DNA from: an uncultured Clostridia bacterium
GTDB taxonomy: Bacteria > Bacillota_I > Bacilli_A > RF39 > UBA660
Direction of reading: 5' to 3'
DNA: 64,000 bases
Assembly: GCA_948433435.1 (NCBI GenBank)
Contig: CAOJDX010000001.1
Location: forward strand, 95,086-159,085
Shown: piece by piece, positions 19,070 through 29,412 of the stretch
How positions within the stretch are numbered: position 1 is the first letter of the stretch
Layout of the letters: every line of letters begins with the position of its first letter
The notes under the pieces: generated by a model
Seen by the model: only the letters and a program-made list of their open reading frames with translations
Database searches by the model: none
What the model was told of the DNA's origin: nothing
Program-made: the position numbers and the translations under genes

Positions 19070-19909
19070 TTATTCATCTCCTAACTTATAACCTACTATA
19101 TTGCCTACTATAAATAAAAGGGTACCGACTAAAAGTTGAGGTATATTAAAATTATGTTCAAAAAGGCCTACAAATAAACTAATAACAGAAGATATTATAA
19201 AGCCTAAAATAGCATAATAAGTAATTACTTCGTGTTTTTTTAGTAAATATTCAATTAATTTGGCTATTAAAATAATTCCTATAATAATTCCTAGTCCAAA
19301 AGGAAGAAGAACTAGTAAATTATGAGTTAATAATTCAAAATTAGTAATATTACTAATTGTTTCTAAAATGGGTTTGTAAAAACCTAGTAGCATTAGGACA
19401 AAGCTACCACTAATTCCTGGAATAACCATAGTAGCGGCTGAAATTATTCCCACTATGAACAGCAAGAAAATTATTCCTAAATTTAAATTAGTTAAATCAA
19501 CTGCCCCTATTCCACTTTTTAAAAACGTTAATATGATGATAAAAGAAAAAGTAATTAGAAAAGCCATCATATGACTAAGTTGCATCTTTTGGTTGGATAC
19601 TTTTTTATATATTAGTGGTAGTCCCCCTACAATTAACCCGATAAAAAATAAAGTAGTAGGTATAGGAAACTTTCCTAATGAGTAATTAATCAATTTACTC
19701 ATAGCAAGAACTGAAATTACTGCCCCTATTCCTATTGGAATAATAAAGGATAAACTTTTCTTTAAATTACTAAAAATATGACTAATTGTATTAATTAACT
19801 CTTCATAGATTCCTAATGTAATCGCAAGTGTTCCTCCACTAACTCCTGGAATAATATTGGCTATTCCTAAGATGAACCCCTTGACTGCTAACATAAACTT
19901 TTCTTTCAT
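19070..19909 (-). CDS. DUF368 family membrane protein (PopT-like candidate polyprenyl-phosphate transporter)
   Basis: It has duplicated GVSGGT / GISGS motifs typical of DUF368, and it is immediately upstream of uppP. Confidence 0.75.
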   Translation of the reverse strand: MKEKFMLAVKGFILGIANIIPGVSGGTLAITLGIYEELINTISHIFSNLKKSLSFIIPIGIGAVISVLAMSKLINYSLGKFPIPTTLFFIGLIVGGLPLIYKKVSNQKMQLSHMMAFLITFSFIIILTFLKSGIGAVDLTNLNLGIIFLLFIVGIISAATMVIPGISGSFVLMLLGFYKPILETISNITNFELLTHNLLVLLPFGLGIIIGIILIAKLIEYLLKKHEVITYYAILGFIISSVISLFVGLFEHNFNIPQLLVGTLLFIVGNIVGYKLGDE

Positions 19910-19918
19910 ATTACTCTC

Positions 19919-21535
19919 CTAATTTTCTAATACATCCATTATAATTGGAACAACATTTTTCTTTCGTGATACACATTTTTCAATAAACATCCCTTCATTA
20001 CTTTCCTTTTCGTAGGCCATGTCCATGATGTTTTTTCCTTTTGTATTATAAAGGACATAACTACCATTTTGAATAATATCAGTGACATATAAAGCAACTA
20101 AAGCATAGTTGTTGGCTTCACTAACCTCATCTAATACTTTAATATATTCATCTTGTTGTTTTTTTATATCATCAAAGTTCATGGTAAAAAATTGACCAAT
20201 AGCAAAACTTTTTCCATTTACTGTAAATAATTTATAATCGTTATATAGAACATCTTCTGTACTCATTCCCTCAAGTGAAGTTCCTGCTTTTAATAATTCC
20301 ATTCCATATTTTTGATAGTCAACATCAGCTATTTTACTAAGTTCTAAGACTGCTTCTTTATCTTTTTCTGTAGCGGTTGGACTTTTTAAAATAAGGGTAT
20401 CCGATAAAACACCAGAAAGTAACATTCCTGCTATATTTTTAGGTATTTCGATATTTTTCTCTTTATATAATGAATATACAATAGTACAAGTAGAACCTAC
20501 TGCCATATTTCTAAAATTGATTGGTTGGTTAGTCGTAATACTACCTAAGTTATGATGATCAACAATTTCTAGTATTTCAGCTTCTTCTATACCATCAGCA
20601 CTTTGCAGTTTTTCGTTGTGATCCACTAAAATCACTTTTTTAGGATTTTTGCTGTTTAAATCTGTGATTCTTAAAAGTCCTAAACATTTGTTATTTTTGT
20701 CTACAACTGGATAGTTAGTATGACGAAGCTTTTCATTAATTTCTAAGACATCACCAACATAGTCGTTTTCTTCAAAGCTAGTAGGATTATAACTAGTAAT
20801 CATTGTTTTAATATAATTACTAAGCATGACTAACTTTGCGACATGAAAACTATCATATGCACTTACAATAATATTTACTTTATTTTTTTTGGCAAGATCA
20901 ATCTGTTCCTCAGCAATATCTTTATTGCCAGAAACAATAATTAATTTTACTCCTGAAGTAATAGCGTATTCAATAATATTATGCCTATTGCCAACAATTA
21001 AAATACTATTATGATCTAACTTTACTGTATCAATAAGTGTTTTACTTCGATAAGATGCCAAATAAATATTCCCTTGAATTTCTTCATCAAAGCGACATAC
21101 TTCTTTCCCTTCTAAGACTTGAAGTAAATTGTTGTATGATGTATATAGTTCATTGTCTTTGTCCTTAATAAACGAATGAATTAGATCCTTAATCGTAATT
21201 AATCCTGCAAAAGTTGAATCTTGCTTAACAATAGGAATTCCTGTTAGTCCTTCTTTTAACATATATTGGTATCCATTATAAATAGATTCATTTTCCTTTA
21301 AAATAAAGTCCTCATGATAATCAATATCTTTTAGCTGAAGTTTAACATCATTTAAGTATTCTGGTTTTTTAACATGAAAGAAGTCAAGAGCATAACTTGT
21401 TTCTTTATTGATTTCTCCAAGAACCCTAGGCTCGGTTGCCTCCCCTAATTGATTTTTTAAATAAGATAACGCGATACAACTAGTAACAGAGTCTGTATCT
21501 GGCTTCTTATGTCCAAATATAAATGTCTTTTCCAT
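19919..21535 (-). CDS. ppaC: manganese-dependent inorganic pyrophosphatase (family II, CBS-domain-containing)
   Basis: It has the DHH N-terminus (FGHKKPDTDSVTS), an internal CBS pair, and a DHHA2 C-terminus. Confidence 0.85.
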   Translation of the reverse strand: MEKTFIFGHKKPDTDSVTSCIALSYLKNQLGEATEPRVLGEINKETSYALDFFHVKKPEYLNDVKLQLKDIDYHEDFILKENESIYNGYQYMLKEGLTGIPIVKQDSTFAGLITIKDLIHSFIKDKDNELYTSYNNLLQVLEGKEVCRFDEEIQGNIYLASYRSKTLIDTVKLDHNSILIVGNRHNIIEYAITSGVKLIIVSGNKDIAEEQIDLAKKNKVNIIVSAYDSFHVAKLVMLSNYIKTMITSYNPTSFEENDYVGDVLEINEKLRHTNYPVVDKNNKCLGLLRITDLNSKNPKKVILVDHNEKLQSADGIEEAEILEIVDHHNLGSITTNQPINFRNMAVGSTCTIVYSLYKEKNIEIPKNIAGMLLSGVLSDTLILKSPTATEKDKEAVLELSKIADVDYQKYGMELLKAGTSLEGMSTEDVLYNDYKLFTVNGKSFAIGQFFTMNFDDIKKQQDEYIKVLDEVSEANNYALVALYVTDIIQNGSYVLYNTKGKNIMDMAYEKESNEGMFIEKCVSRKKNVVPIIMDVLEN

Positions 21536-21810
21536 AATATCCCTCTTTCTTCGTAAATTGTATCATAAATTTTACCTCTTGAAAAGAAAATCAAAAGTCA
21601 TTTTTGAAAATATAATTTATTAATCTGCAGTCAGATGAATACTATCATTATTGTTCTGATCATAAATTTTATCAAATATTGGTACTCTGATTCTAATAGC
21701 TTAAAAATTATTGAATTAAAATCTATATTTACGATCCATACTACTTAATTTTATCTTCGTACTTTAAAAAAGGTTTAAAGTTATGTTGATATAAAATAAT
21801 AAAAAAGAAG

Positions 21811-24800
21811 CTAGCATTTTCCTACTTCTTCTTTTAATTCTAGACTCTTAAATTTTTCATCAATAATGGAATACAGATATATAGAAACTTTTTTATGAGT
21901 AATTGTCTGAATATATTTTTTATATCCATTTAATTGATTAGCATAATACTCTTTTTCTATATCTTTTAATTTGTAATCAATAATAATGATTTCTTCTTGA
22001 TTTTCTATCATTAAATCAATTACTCCATGTAATTTTTTATCTTCTGTTATTGTCATAAATTCATATTCTTTATAAAATTTACTTTGTAAATTACTTTGAA
22101 TGATGTCACTTGTTAAAAATTTTTCTATTTTCCTTTTGATATAGTTATTTAAGTGCAAGCTATCTAAGTTAGGTTTTCTAAAGTCTAAATACTCTAGCAC
22201 TTGGTGAACTTGGGTTCCAATATCCAGTAATTCATTTTCTTCTTTGGTGATAATAGATCGGACTGCATTTGAAAAATGTTCCTCTAAAACTTCTTCATGA
22301 GAGAACTGAATCTCTTTAACCTCTAGTTCTGGACTATCTTGATCATCTATTTCAGTATTTTTAATTTTATATAAGTAGTCTTTACTATAGTAATTGTTTT
22401 CCACTTTTTCTATATAGGGAACTAATTTATTCCAAATACTTTTTAAGATACTATAAAATGATGTATATTTCATTCGAATAAAGGGAGCGATAACCTTATC
22501 ATCTATAGATTTGATCTCTTCTAATTCTGGACATACCAAAATAATGTGTTCTTTACAACGAGTCAAGGCTACATAAAACAAGCGAATTCTTTCACTAATT
22601 TCTTCTCTAGTATCTAGTCTCTTATAAAGAGTTTTTCGAATAGTATCTTTTCTTTCTTCTTCCATTTTGGGAATAATAATTCCATATTTCTGATTAAAAA
22701 TTACTGCTTCCTTTTGCTCTCGCATATTAAACCTATTTTGCAAGTCAGCAAAATAACAAATAGGAAATTCCAAACCTTTTGATTTATGAATACTCATCAT
22801 TTTTACAGAGTCTGTATCAGGAATACTACAATCATATTGAATATCAAAATCTTTTTCTATAACTCGATCTAAATAATACATAAATTCCTCAATATCACAA
22901 TCTTTTAACGATATAATCAAGTTATCCAAATACTCAATACATTTTTCGCACTTTATAATGTCAAGAGTAGTAAGAATTTTATCATAATAGTGATATTTCT
23001 TAAGTATCAAATGAAATATATCCCTAAGAGGTAAATTATCTATTTCTTCCTTTATATCAAGGGCTTTCTTGACAATTTCTGTACTTTTGAAACTCTTATC
23101 TTTAAAAATCATAAAAATATCATGATCACTATAGCGAAATAAAAAACTTCTAGCAAGAGATAAAAAATGATATCTGAAATCTGTTCCATAATCTTCATGA
23201 TAGACTGAAAGAACTAATTTAAACAAACTATGAAGTACTAAAAAGTCATCTGTATTATTAATTCTTTCTTCTCGATAAACAGTTAAAGGAATTCCTAAAT
23301 ATTCAAAGATTTTTTTGTATAAATCGAAGTTTTTCTTTTTATCCATTAAGATTACAAAATCACTATATGTAGCTTCTCTTAATATCTTTAAATCTTTGTC
23401 AAAAATTTGATAATGAGTCTTTATTTTATCTTGGATATCTCTCGCGATGATAAAGGCTTCTTGCTCTACATCAGTAATCTCTTTCTTTTTAGAGTATGTT
23501 TTTATGGATAAATTATAATTTTGAATAGTCTTTCCTTCCTCGTTATAACTAGTGTTTCCAAAAATTGCTTGGTGACTTTGCTGGTAATTGGCTCCTCCAA
23601 TATAATCATCCATAATATGATCAAAAATCATATTAATGTTGGCTAAAACTTCCCCTCTGCTTCTGAAATTCTTATTTAGATCAATTTTATATCCATTTTT
23701 TTCATCTTGAGTATAAAGATCATATTTATTTTTAAAAATATAAGGATTGGCATTACGAAAACGATAAATAGATTGTTTTATATCTCCTACCATATAAACA
23801 TTATGGTTACTAATTAATTGAATAAGTTCTTCTTGGGTATCACTGGTATCTTGATACTCATCAATTAAGATTTCTTTAAAAGTATTTTTTATCTCCTCTC
23901 TAATATTGTGGTTCTCCTTGACTAGTTTGATTGCCAAATGACTAATATCATTAAAGTCATATAAAGAGGCTTGTCTCTTCTTGTTCATAAATCTCTTATC
24001 TAATTCTAAAAGTATTTCTACCATGATTTTAGTATTACTAGCAGTGTCCATTAACTCTTCATACATTGTAGAGGTATTTTCACTTATACAAAGTTTTTTT
24101 AGCTCGTCTCTTAGTATTTTCAATTGTTCATGAATTTCTTTTTCTTCTTCACTATATCCATTTGATCTAGGAAGTTCTAATTGATTAAGGTTTTGATATA
24201 GTTCTTCATAGTTTTTACTATTCATAAAAGAAGTAGTTTTTTCTAATAAAGTCTTTAATTTTTTATCTTCTAATAAACTAGCCAATGTTGATGCAGTTTC
24301 TTGAAAGTTATGAAAAAGATCTTGGATGCATTCTAAATACTCGTTGATTAAATTTTCTAAGACCTCTTGACTATAGTACTTTTCTATATAGTGCTCTAAA
24401 AACTCTCTTCGATCATACTTTAATGACAATTTGTTGGAAAGAGACATTATTATTTCCATTACCTCTTGATCATCTTTTAAAGAGAAGTTTGAAATAAAAT
24501 TGATAAAATCTTCTCTTCCTTCTCGATAATATTCTCCCATAATTCCTTCTAAAATGTCTCTTTTTAGAATTTCTAACTGGACACCATCACTAATCCTAAT
24601 ATCTGAGGAAATGCCCAAAGTATAATAGTATTTTTTTACCATTGAAAGACTAAAACTATCAAATGTAGTTATATAAGCACCATCTAGTAATTCGACCTCT
24701 TCTTTTAAATTATTTTCGATTAATTTCCTGCGAATTCGATCTTTCATTTCTTGGGCTGCCGCCTTGGTGAAGGTTAAAATTAATAATTCACTTACATGAA

Positions 24801-24945
24801 TACCATTTTGAACTTTTCGCAATACCCTTTCTGATAAAACAGCAGTTTTCCCACTTCCTGCTCCCGCGGAGACAATAACATTATTACCTTCTATATTAAT
24901 TGCTTTTTGTTGTTCTTCTGTCCATCTATTTGCCATTTTATTCAT
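21811..24945 (-). CDS. addA: ATP-dependent helicase/nuclease subunit A
   Basis: It has a UvrD-like Walker A (AGAGSGKTAVL) and a C-terminal RecB-type nuclease motif (VIDLMIE...IIDYK). Confidence 0.85.
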   Translation of the reverse strand: MNKMANRWTEEQQKAINIEGNNVIVSAGAGSGKTAVLSERVLRKVQNGIHVSELLILTFTKAAAQEMKDRIRRKLIENNLKEEVELLDGAYITTFDSFSLSMVKKYYYTLGISSDIRISDGVQLEILKRDILEGIMGEYYREGREDFINFISNFSLKDDQEVMEIIMSLSNKLSLKYDRREFLEHYIEKYYSQEVLENLINEYLECIQDLFHNFQETASTLASLLEDKKLKTLLEKTTSFMNSKNYEELYQNLNQLELPRSNGYSEEEKEIHEQLKILRDELKKLCISENTSTMYEELMDTASNTKIMVEILLELDKRFMNKKRQASLYDFNDISHLAIKLVKENHNIREEIKNTFKEILIDEYQDTSDTQEELIQLISNHNVYMVGDIKQSIYRFRNANPYIFKNKYDLYTQDEKNGYKIDLNKNFRSRGEVLANINMIFDHIMDDYIGGANYQQSHQAIFGNTSYNEEGKTIQNYNLSIKTYSKKKEITDVEQEAFIIARDIQDKIKTHYQIFDKDLKILREATYSDFVILMDKKKNFDLYKKIFEYLGIPLTVYREERINNTDDFLVLHSLFKLVLSVYHEDYGTDFRYHFLSLARSFLFRYSDHDIFMIFKDKSFKSTEIVKKALDIKEEIDNLPLRDIFHLILKKYHYYDKILTTLDIIKCEKCIEYLDNLIISLKDCDIEEFMYYLDRVIEKDFDIQYDCSIPDTDSVKMMSIHKSKGLEFPICYFADLQNRFNMREQKEAVIFNQKYGIIIPKMEEERKDTIRKTLYKRLDTREEISERIRLFYVALTRCKEHIILVCPELEEIKSIDDKVIAPFIRMKYTSFYSILKSIWNKLVPYIEKVENNYYSKDYLYKIKNTEIDDQDSPELEVKEIQFSHEEVLEEHFSNAVRSIITKEENELLDIGTQVHQVLEYLDFRKPNLDSLHLNNYIKRKIEKFLTSDIIQSNLQSKFYKEYEFMTITEDKKLHGVIDLMIENQEEIIIIDYKLKDIEKEYYANQLNGYKKYIQTITHKKVSIYLYSIIDEKFKSLELKEEVGKC

Positions 24946-27268
24946 CTCCTACAAAACTTAAATCATCTACTTTTTCTAAATTAATATAATCTTCTTCTTT
25001 TACATAACATAAATTGCGATATTTGCAATATTTGCAGCTAACATTTTTAAATTCAATACGTTTAGGATCAATGGTAAAGTTAGCTGTTATTATCTTGGAA
25101 AGAGTCTCATAAATTATTTTTTCGGTATACTTAAAAACATTAAAATCCATATCTTTATCAATCAATTTGGTGTATCTAGAAAAACCTTTACTAGTCATTT
25201 TCATTGATTTAATTACTTTGCTGTCTGTATAGTCATGATCAAAATGTCCTAGTATTTCCTCATCATTCGTAGAATAACCTACTAATTTTAAACTATCTCG
25301 CATTTTTTCCAGGTAGCTCTTTCTGCCATCATAGGAAACATTTCCCATTAAAATTTTTTGAAAATACATACCTGTAAATATAGGATTTTCAAAAATATTA
25401 GATTTTTCAACTAAGTATAAATATGTTGCCAATTGCATTCCTATTCCGTATTTCATATAATTTAGATTGGCATCAAAACTTCCTGTTTTATAATCAACAA
25501 TCGCAAAATAAGTATCATTATACTTATTATAGTACATGATTTTGTCTATTTTACCAGTGAAATAAGCCTCTAATTCATTACACTTCAATGGAATTGTAAT
25601 ACTTTTCTCACCATAGCAATTTTTAAAATCAGTATACATCTTTTGTTCTTTAATTATTTCCAAAGTGTTTAGTAAATTTTTCTTCAATCGTTCCAAAAAG
25701 AAAAGCTCTTTTATTTCCAAATGTTTATCTTTAATATAGTCATTCCATGTCCTTTCAAAGTCAAAGTTATCAGTTAAAGAAAGTTCTAATACATGATGGA
25801 AAAGGTTTCCAATTAATGTTTGAAAAGTTTCACAAAATGGATCTAGTTTTAAAACATAGTTAATGTAATATTTAAATTTACATAAATTATAGGTGTTCAT
25901 ACTAGTATAGGATAGACCTAATTTTTCAAGGTAAGAAAGAAACTCTTCTTGTTTAATCCCTGTAAAAATATTAGAATATGTATTATATAAAAGTTTACTT
26001 CGATAAGTTTTATGAAGTGGTTTTAAATATTTGTGTTCTTCTTTAAATTTATAGTAATTATCTAAGTAAATAGAAAGCATTCTTAAATTATATTGATTAG
26101 AATATTGGAAACATTCAGTATCACATTTCATCACCTTCATATGGTAATCTTCAATAATGCTACTAGGGTAAAAGTGATCTTTAAAGCTGGTTTTTTTATA
26201 ACTTATATATAAATTTGGAATATTACTTAAATATTGTATTACCACTTCCTTTTCCCTTTTGTTTTTAAAGTGTGTAGAATAAAGTGGAACTTCCTTTTTG
26301 TCCTGATCGGTAAGATAGTCCTCGTCTTTATAATTATTAGGTAAAATTCCTTCATTAAAACCTAGAACAAAGACATGATCATCTTGACTATATTCTCTAT
26401 TAAATAGATCTCCAATATTAACGGCCTCTCGATAGTTTATGGAAGACAGATGAGTATTCTTAATTTTATCTTTCAAAAAGATCTTATAATTTGGATCATT
26501 TTTCATACTAAGTAAACTATTTTCAATAGTAATTAACTTATTTATTAACTCTATATTTTTAGAATTACTATCAGGAAGAAGACCTGTTAATAAGTATTTT
26601 TTTATTAGGATAGAACTATCTAATCTACTCATATTAGGAAGTTGTATGGGAAGATGAAACATTTGAAACATGCGTTCTGTTATATAGGTGTAATCTTCAT
26701 TTAAGTTAAGAAGATAGATATGATTTAATTTTACTCCCCTTTGATAAAGTTCCATAATCTTTTGAATAGTAAAAGTTACTTCTTCGTATATATCATTAGT
26801 CTCATAAACTGTAAAATTCTTGGGAATTATTTGTTTTGTAATTATAGCGGCATTTAACTCTTGAAAAATGTCTACTAAATATTTTTCTAAGTTAGGATAA
26901 TTTAAAACTTTAATAGTTTTTGTTTTTAGATAACTTGAAAATTGATTATTAAATTTTAAAAGATCGTTTTCTATTAATTGTCCTTTCATTTCCTTTAAAA
27001 AGTTTAGTTTTGTATTTTGGTAATTCTGATTCATATCAATAAAATACATATTCTCTAAATACATTTTACTAATATCTAAATTTACTTGATAGACATTCAT
27101 AAGATAAGATATAGCAGTATAATCATAGTGATAAAAGTAATTTGCTTTAAAGGTTTCTATATTCATAAATTTAATATTAATTAATTTCTTTTCTTTATGA
27201 ATTTTATCTAAAAGATAATTTTTCTCTTCATCAGGACAAATAAGTAATAAATTTTCTATATTATTCAT
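24938..27268 (-). CDS. addB: ATP-dependent helicase/nuclease subunit B (compact form)
   Basis: It is upstream of, and overlaps, addA. The C-terminal nuclease domain carries Fe-S cysteines (CKYCKYRNLC). Confidence 0.7.
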   Translation of the reverse strand: MNNIENLLLICPDEEKNYLLDKIHKEKKLINIKFMNIETFKANYFYHYDYTAISYLMNVYQVNLDISKMYLENMYFIDMNQNYQNTKLNFLKEMKGQLIENDLLKFNNQFSSYLKTKTIKVLNYPNLEKYLVDIFQELNAAIITKQIIPKNFTVYETNDIYEEVTFTIQKIMELYQRGVKLNHIYLLNLNEDYTYITERMFQMFHLPIQLPNMSRLDSSILIKKYLLTGLLPDSNSKNIELINKLITIENSLLSMKNDPNYKIFLKDKIKNTHLSSINYREAVNIGDLFNREYSQDDHVFVLGFNEGILPNNYKDEDYLTDQDKKEVPLYSTHFKNKREKEVVIQYLSNIPNLYISYKKTSFKDHFYPSSIIEDYHMKVMKCDTECFQYSNQYNLRMLSIYLDNYYKFKEEHKYLKPLHKTYRSKLLYNTYSNIFTGIKQEEFLSYLEKLGLSYTSMNTYNLCKFKYYINYVLKLDPFCETFQTLIGNLFHHVLELSLTDNFDFERTWNDYIKDKHLEIKELFFLERLKKNLLNTLEIIKEQKMYTDFKNCYGEKSITIPLKCNELEAYFTGKIDKIMYYNKYNDTYFAIVDYKTGSFDANLNYMKYGIGMQLATYLYLVEKSNIFENPIFTGMYFQKILMGNVSYDGRKSYLEKMRDSLKLVGYSTNDEEILGHFDHDYTDSKVIKSMKMTSKGFSRYTKLIDKDMDFNVFKYTEKIIYETLSKIITANFTIDPKRIEFKNVSCKYCKYRNLCYVKEEDYINLEKVDDLSFVGDE

Positions 27269-27401
27269 AAGATCACCTTCTTATTAACTATATCATTTTT
27301 GGTGATTATATTTCAATCGAACAAGAATCATTTTTGGTAAATGGAATATATAAAAGTTCTGGTTACACTTAAGTATTTAATGACTAGTACATCATAAATT
27401 A

Positions 27402-27830
27402 ATGGATACAAATTTGACAATTACAGTATTTAAAGATATAATAGCAACCAGCTTTGGAAGGGGGGTTACTATAATAGAGCAATACTTTACACAAAATATT
27501 TATGTAGGAATACGTAATGACCATATTGTTTGTCAAAAAGAAAATGGCCTATTTAAAGGTAAAACTAAAACAGAATACAGTAATTTTGACTATGCTGGTT
27601 TTGTAGAGACTCCGTTAGGGTTAAAATGCTTATCTAATAATAAAGTGTATCCTGTTGTATCTGAATATATTGATATACCAGAAGATTTTGCTTGTAATAT
27701 AGAGCCAATAATATTTTATATGGAAACAAATAAAATTCCACTAACAATGACAAAAAAGGAAATCCAAACTTTCGTAATGAATGTTTATATTCCAGAAAAA
27801 AAGGAACAATATTATCAAAAAATTAAATAA
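27402..27830 (+). CDS. hypothetical protein
   Basis: 142 aa, followed by a terminator hairpin. Confidence 0.4.
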   Translation: MDTNLTITVFKDIIATSFGRGVTIIEQYFTQNIYVGIRNDHIVCQKENGLFKGKTKTEYSNFDYAGFVETPLGLKCLSNNKVYPVVSEYIDIPEDFACNIEPIIFYMETNKIPLTMTKKEIQTFVMNVYIPEKKEQYYQKIK

Positions 27831-27855
27831 AATCGCAGTTTTGCGATTTTTATTT
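27829..27855 (+). terminator. rho-independent terminator
   Basis: AAAATCGCA-GTTT-TGCGATTTT followed by TATTT. Confidence 0.55.
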
Positions 27856-27893
27856 GTTGATTATTATTTTTTACCAATAAATTGGAATAAAAG

Positions 27894-28622
27894 TTACTTT
27901 TTAAAAATATTTTTTTCTCGCATTCTATTGCGATATTCTATTACTTCTTCTTTAAATATTTTAAATTCTTTTCTATTAATTTGGTCACTGTGTGGAAAAG
28001 CCTTTAATAGTCGAATAACAAAAAAGTTTTGTTTTCTTATTGCTTTTAATACTTCTTCTCTGGCCGCTTCTGTAGCATCTTGCCCTTGAAATTTGATTAA
28101 ATTACTACGAACATTAATTAATGTTATTGTAGTGAAACTTAAATCAGCAATAAAAATTATAAATAAAATACTTGCTATTACCTCTAAAACATTTTTATTT
28201 ATTAATGATAGGAAATCACAAATAAAAGGATATATTGTATAAATAACAATAAGTCCAGCTATTCCAAAAATCATTGAATTTTGTAGGCAGATTCTTCCAT
28301 TAAGATTAAACGATTCTTTACTATAATCCCACCATCTTACTTTAAAAATCTTTTCCATAATATAACTTGTAATATATTCAATAAAACTACATAAAATAAC
28401 AGTCATCCAAAAAAATACAAAAGGATCGTGTCTATATTTATATAAAAATGTTGCAACTAATATTGTTCCTGCTCCATATATGGGAATATATGGTCCGATT
28501 AGAAAACCTCTGTTTAAAATTATTTTTTTATTTTGAATAGAACAAAAGATAATTTCAATAAAGTAACCGATTATAGAAGCAATCAAAAATATCATAAAAT
28601 ACTGACTAAAAAGGTAAAACAT
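27894..28622 (-). CDS. membrane protein of the putative ABC-transporter type IV family (PF06541-like)
   Basis: It has a GPYIPIYGAGTIL motif and several TM helices. Confidence 0.5.
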   Translation of the reverse strand: MFYLFSQYFMIFLIASIIGYFIEIIFCSIQNKKIILNRGFLIGPYIPIYGAGTILVATFLYKYRHDPFVFFWMTVILCSFIEYITSYIMEKIFKVRWWDYSKESFNLNGRICLQNSMIFGIAGLIVIYTIYPFICDFLSLINKNVLEVIASILFIIFIADLSFTTITLINVRSNLIKFQGQDATEAAREEVLKAIRKQNFFVIRLLKAFPHSDQINRKEFKIFKEEVIEYRNRMREKNIFKK

Positions 28623-28772
28623 ATACTACCACCTTACTACTTTGTTTAATACTTTTATTTTATCATATTTATATTTTATCGAGAAGAAAAATATTTCAAA
28701 ATATAGGAAGAGTATCTTTAAGCAGTAGTATGATATAATAACAAGCATATTTGAAAGGAGAATATAATATAT

Positions 28773-29012
28773 ATGGAAAAACAAGAATTACAGCAAATTT
28801 ATGATTTGTGCAGTGATGAATGGGCTAGATATACTCTTGCTGGAGGGGTACAAGTCGATACAAAGTTACTAAGTATTATTACAAAATTAGAGGAAGAGAA
28901 AATCAAACAGAAGAAAGGAAAAAGGAGAAATATAGAAAAGATAAACAAACTACTACTATTTATGAAAAATTTGTACTTGTTCGATTGTTTCATAGGTTTA
29001 CAAATAGTATAA
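28773..29012 (+). CDS. small hypothetical protein
   Basis: 79 aa with a strong AAGGAGA RBS. Confidence 0.4.
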   Translation: MEKQELQQIYDLCSDEWARYTLAGGVQVDTKLLSIITKLEEEKIKQKKGKRRNIEKINKLLLFMKNLYLFDCFIGLQIV

Positions 29013-29076
29013 TATTTATAGGAAATACTAACTGTTGAGTACTTGCCAACTTCTTGAGGGAAGGAGGCATGATATT

Positions 29077-29166
29077 ATGAAGAAAAAGGATTTGCTAATC
29101 TCATTTCTAATACTAATTATCATTTTATTAATAGTCTCTATATTGATACTTATAATAAAAAAATAG
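29077..29166 (+). CDS. 29-aa hydrophobic peptide MKKKDLLISFLILIIILLIVSILILIIKK
   Basis: A GGAGG RBS lies 9 nt upstream. It is a single TM helix with cationic ends. It is flanked by TTGAGTACT / AGTACTCAA inverted repeats, and a terminator hairpin follows at ~29213-29250. Confidence 0.35.
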   Translation: MKKKDLLISFLILIIILLIVSILILIIKK

Positions 29167-29412
29167 TACTCAATCTGCAATAGATTAAGTACTGACCTAA
29201 TTATTTAGGGTAAGTACTCAACTCGCGAAAGTTCAGTATTTCCCTTTTTATTGTATGAGTTTTTCCTCATCTGTATACAATATACCATAAATTTGTTAAA
29301 ATTTCAATCACTTTGTTCATAGATACTCTCACCAAACTTTGAACTTTCTTTAGGTGTAAGTGAAATAAGATTAGATAGTAGTTTGTTTAACTGTATAAAG
29401 TGTTAGAAATGT

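Noticed and set aside
27781-28089. 102-aa plus-strand ORF
   Set aside because: It overlaps the minus-strand PF06541-like membrane protein gene and the terminator, so it is a shadow ORF.
29069-29080. First ATG (MIL*) after the GGAGG at 29063
   Set aside because: The spacing to the RBS is only 1 nt and it encodes a 3-codon ORF. The in-register second ATG at 29077 is the plausible start.
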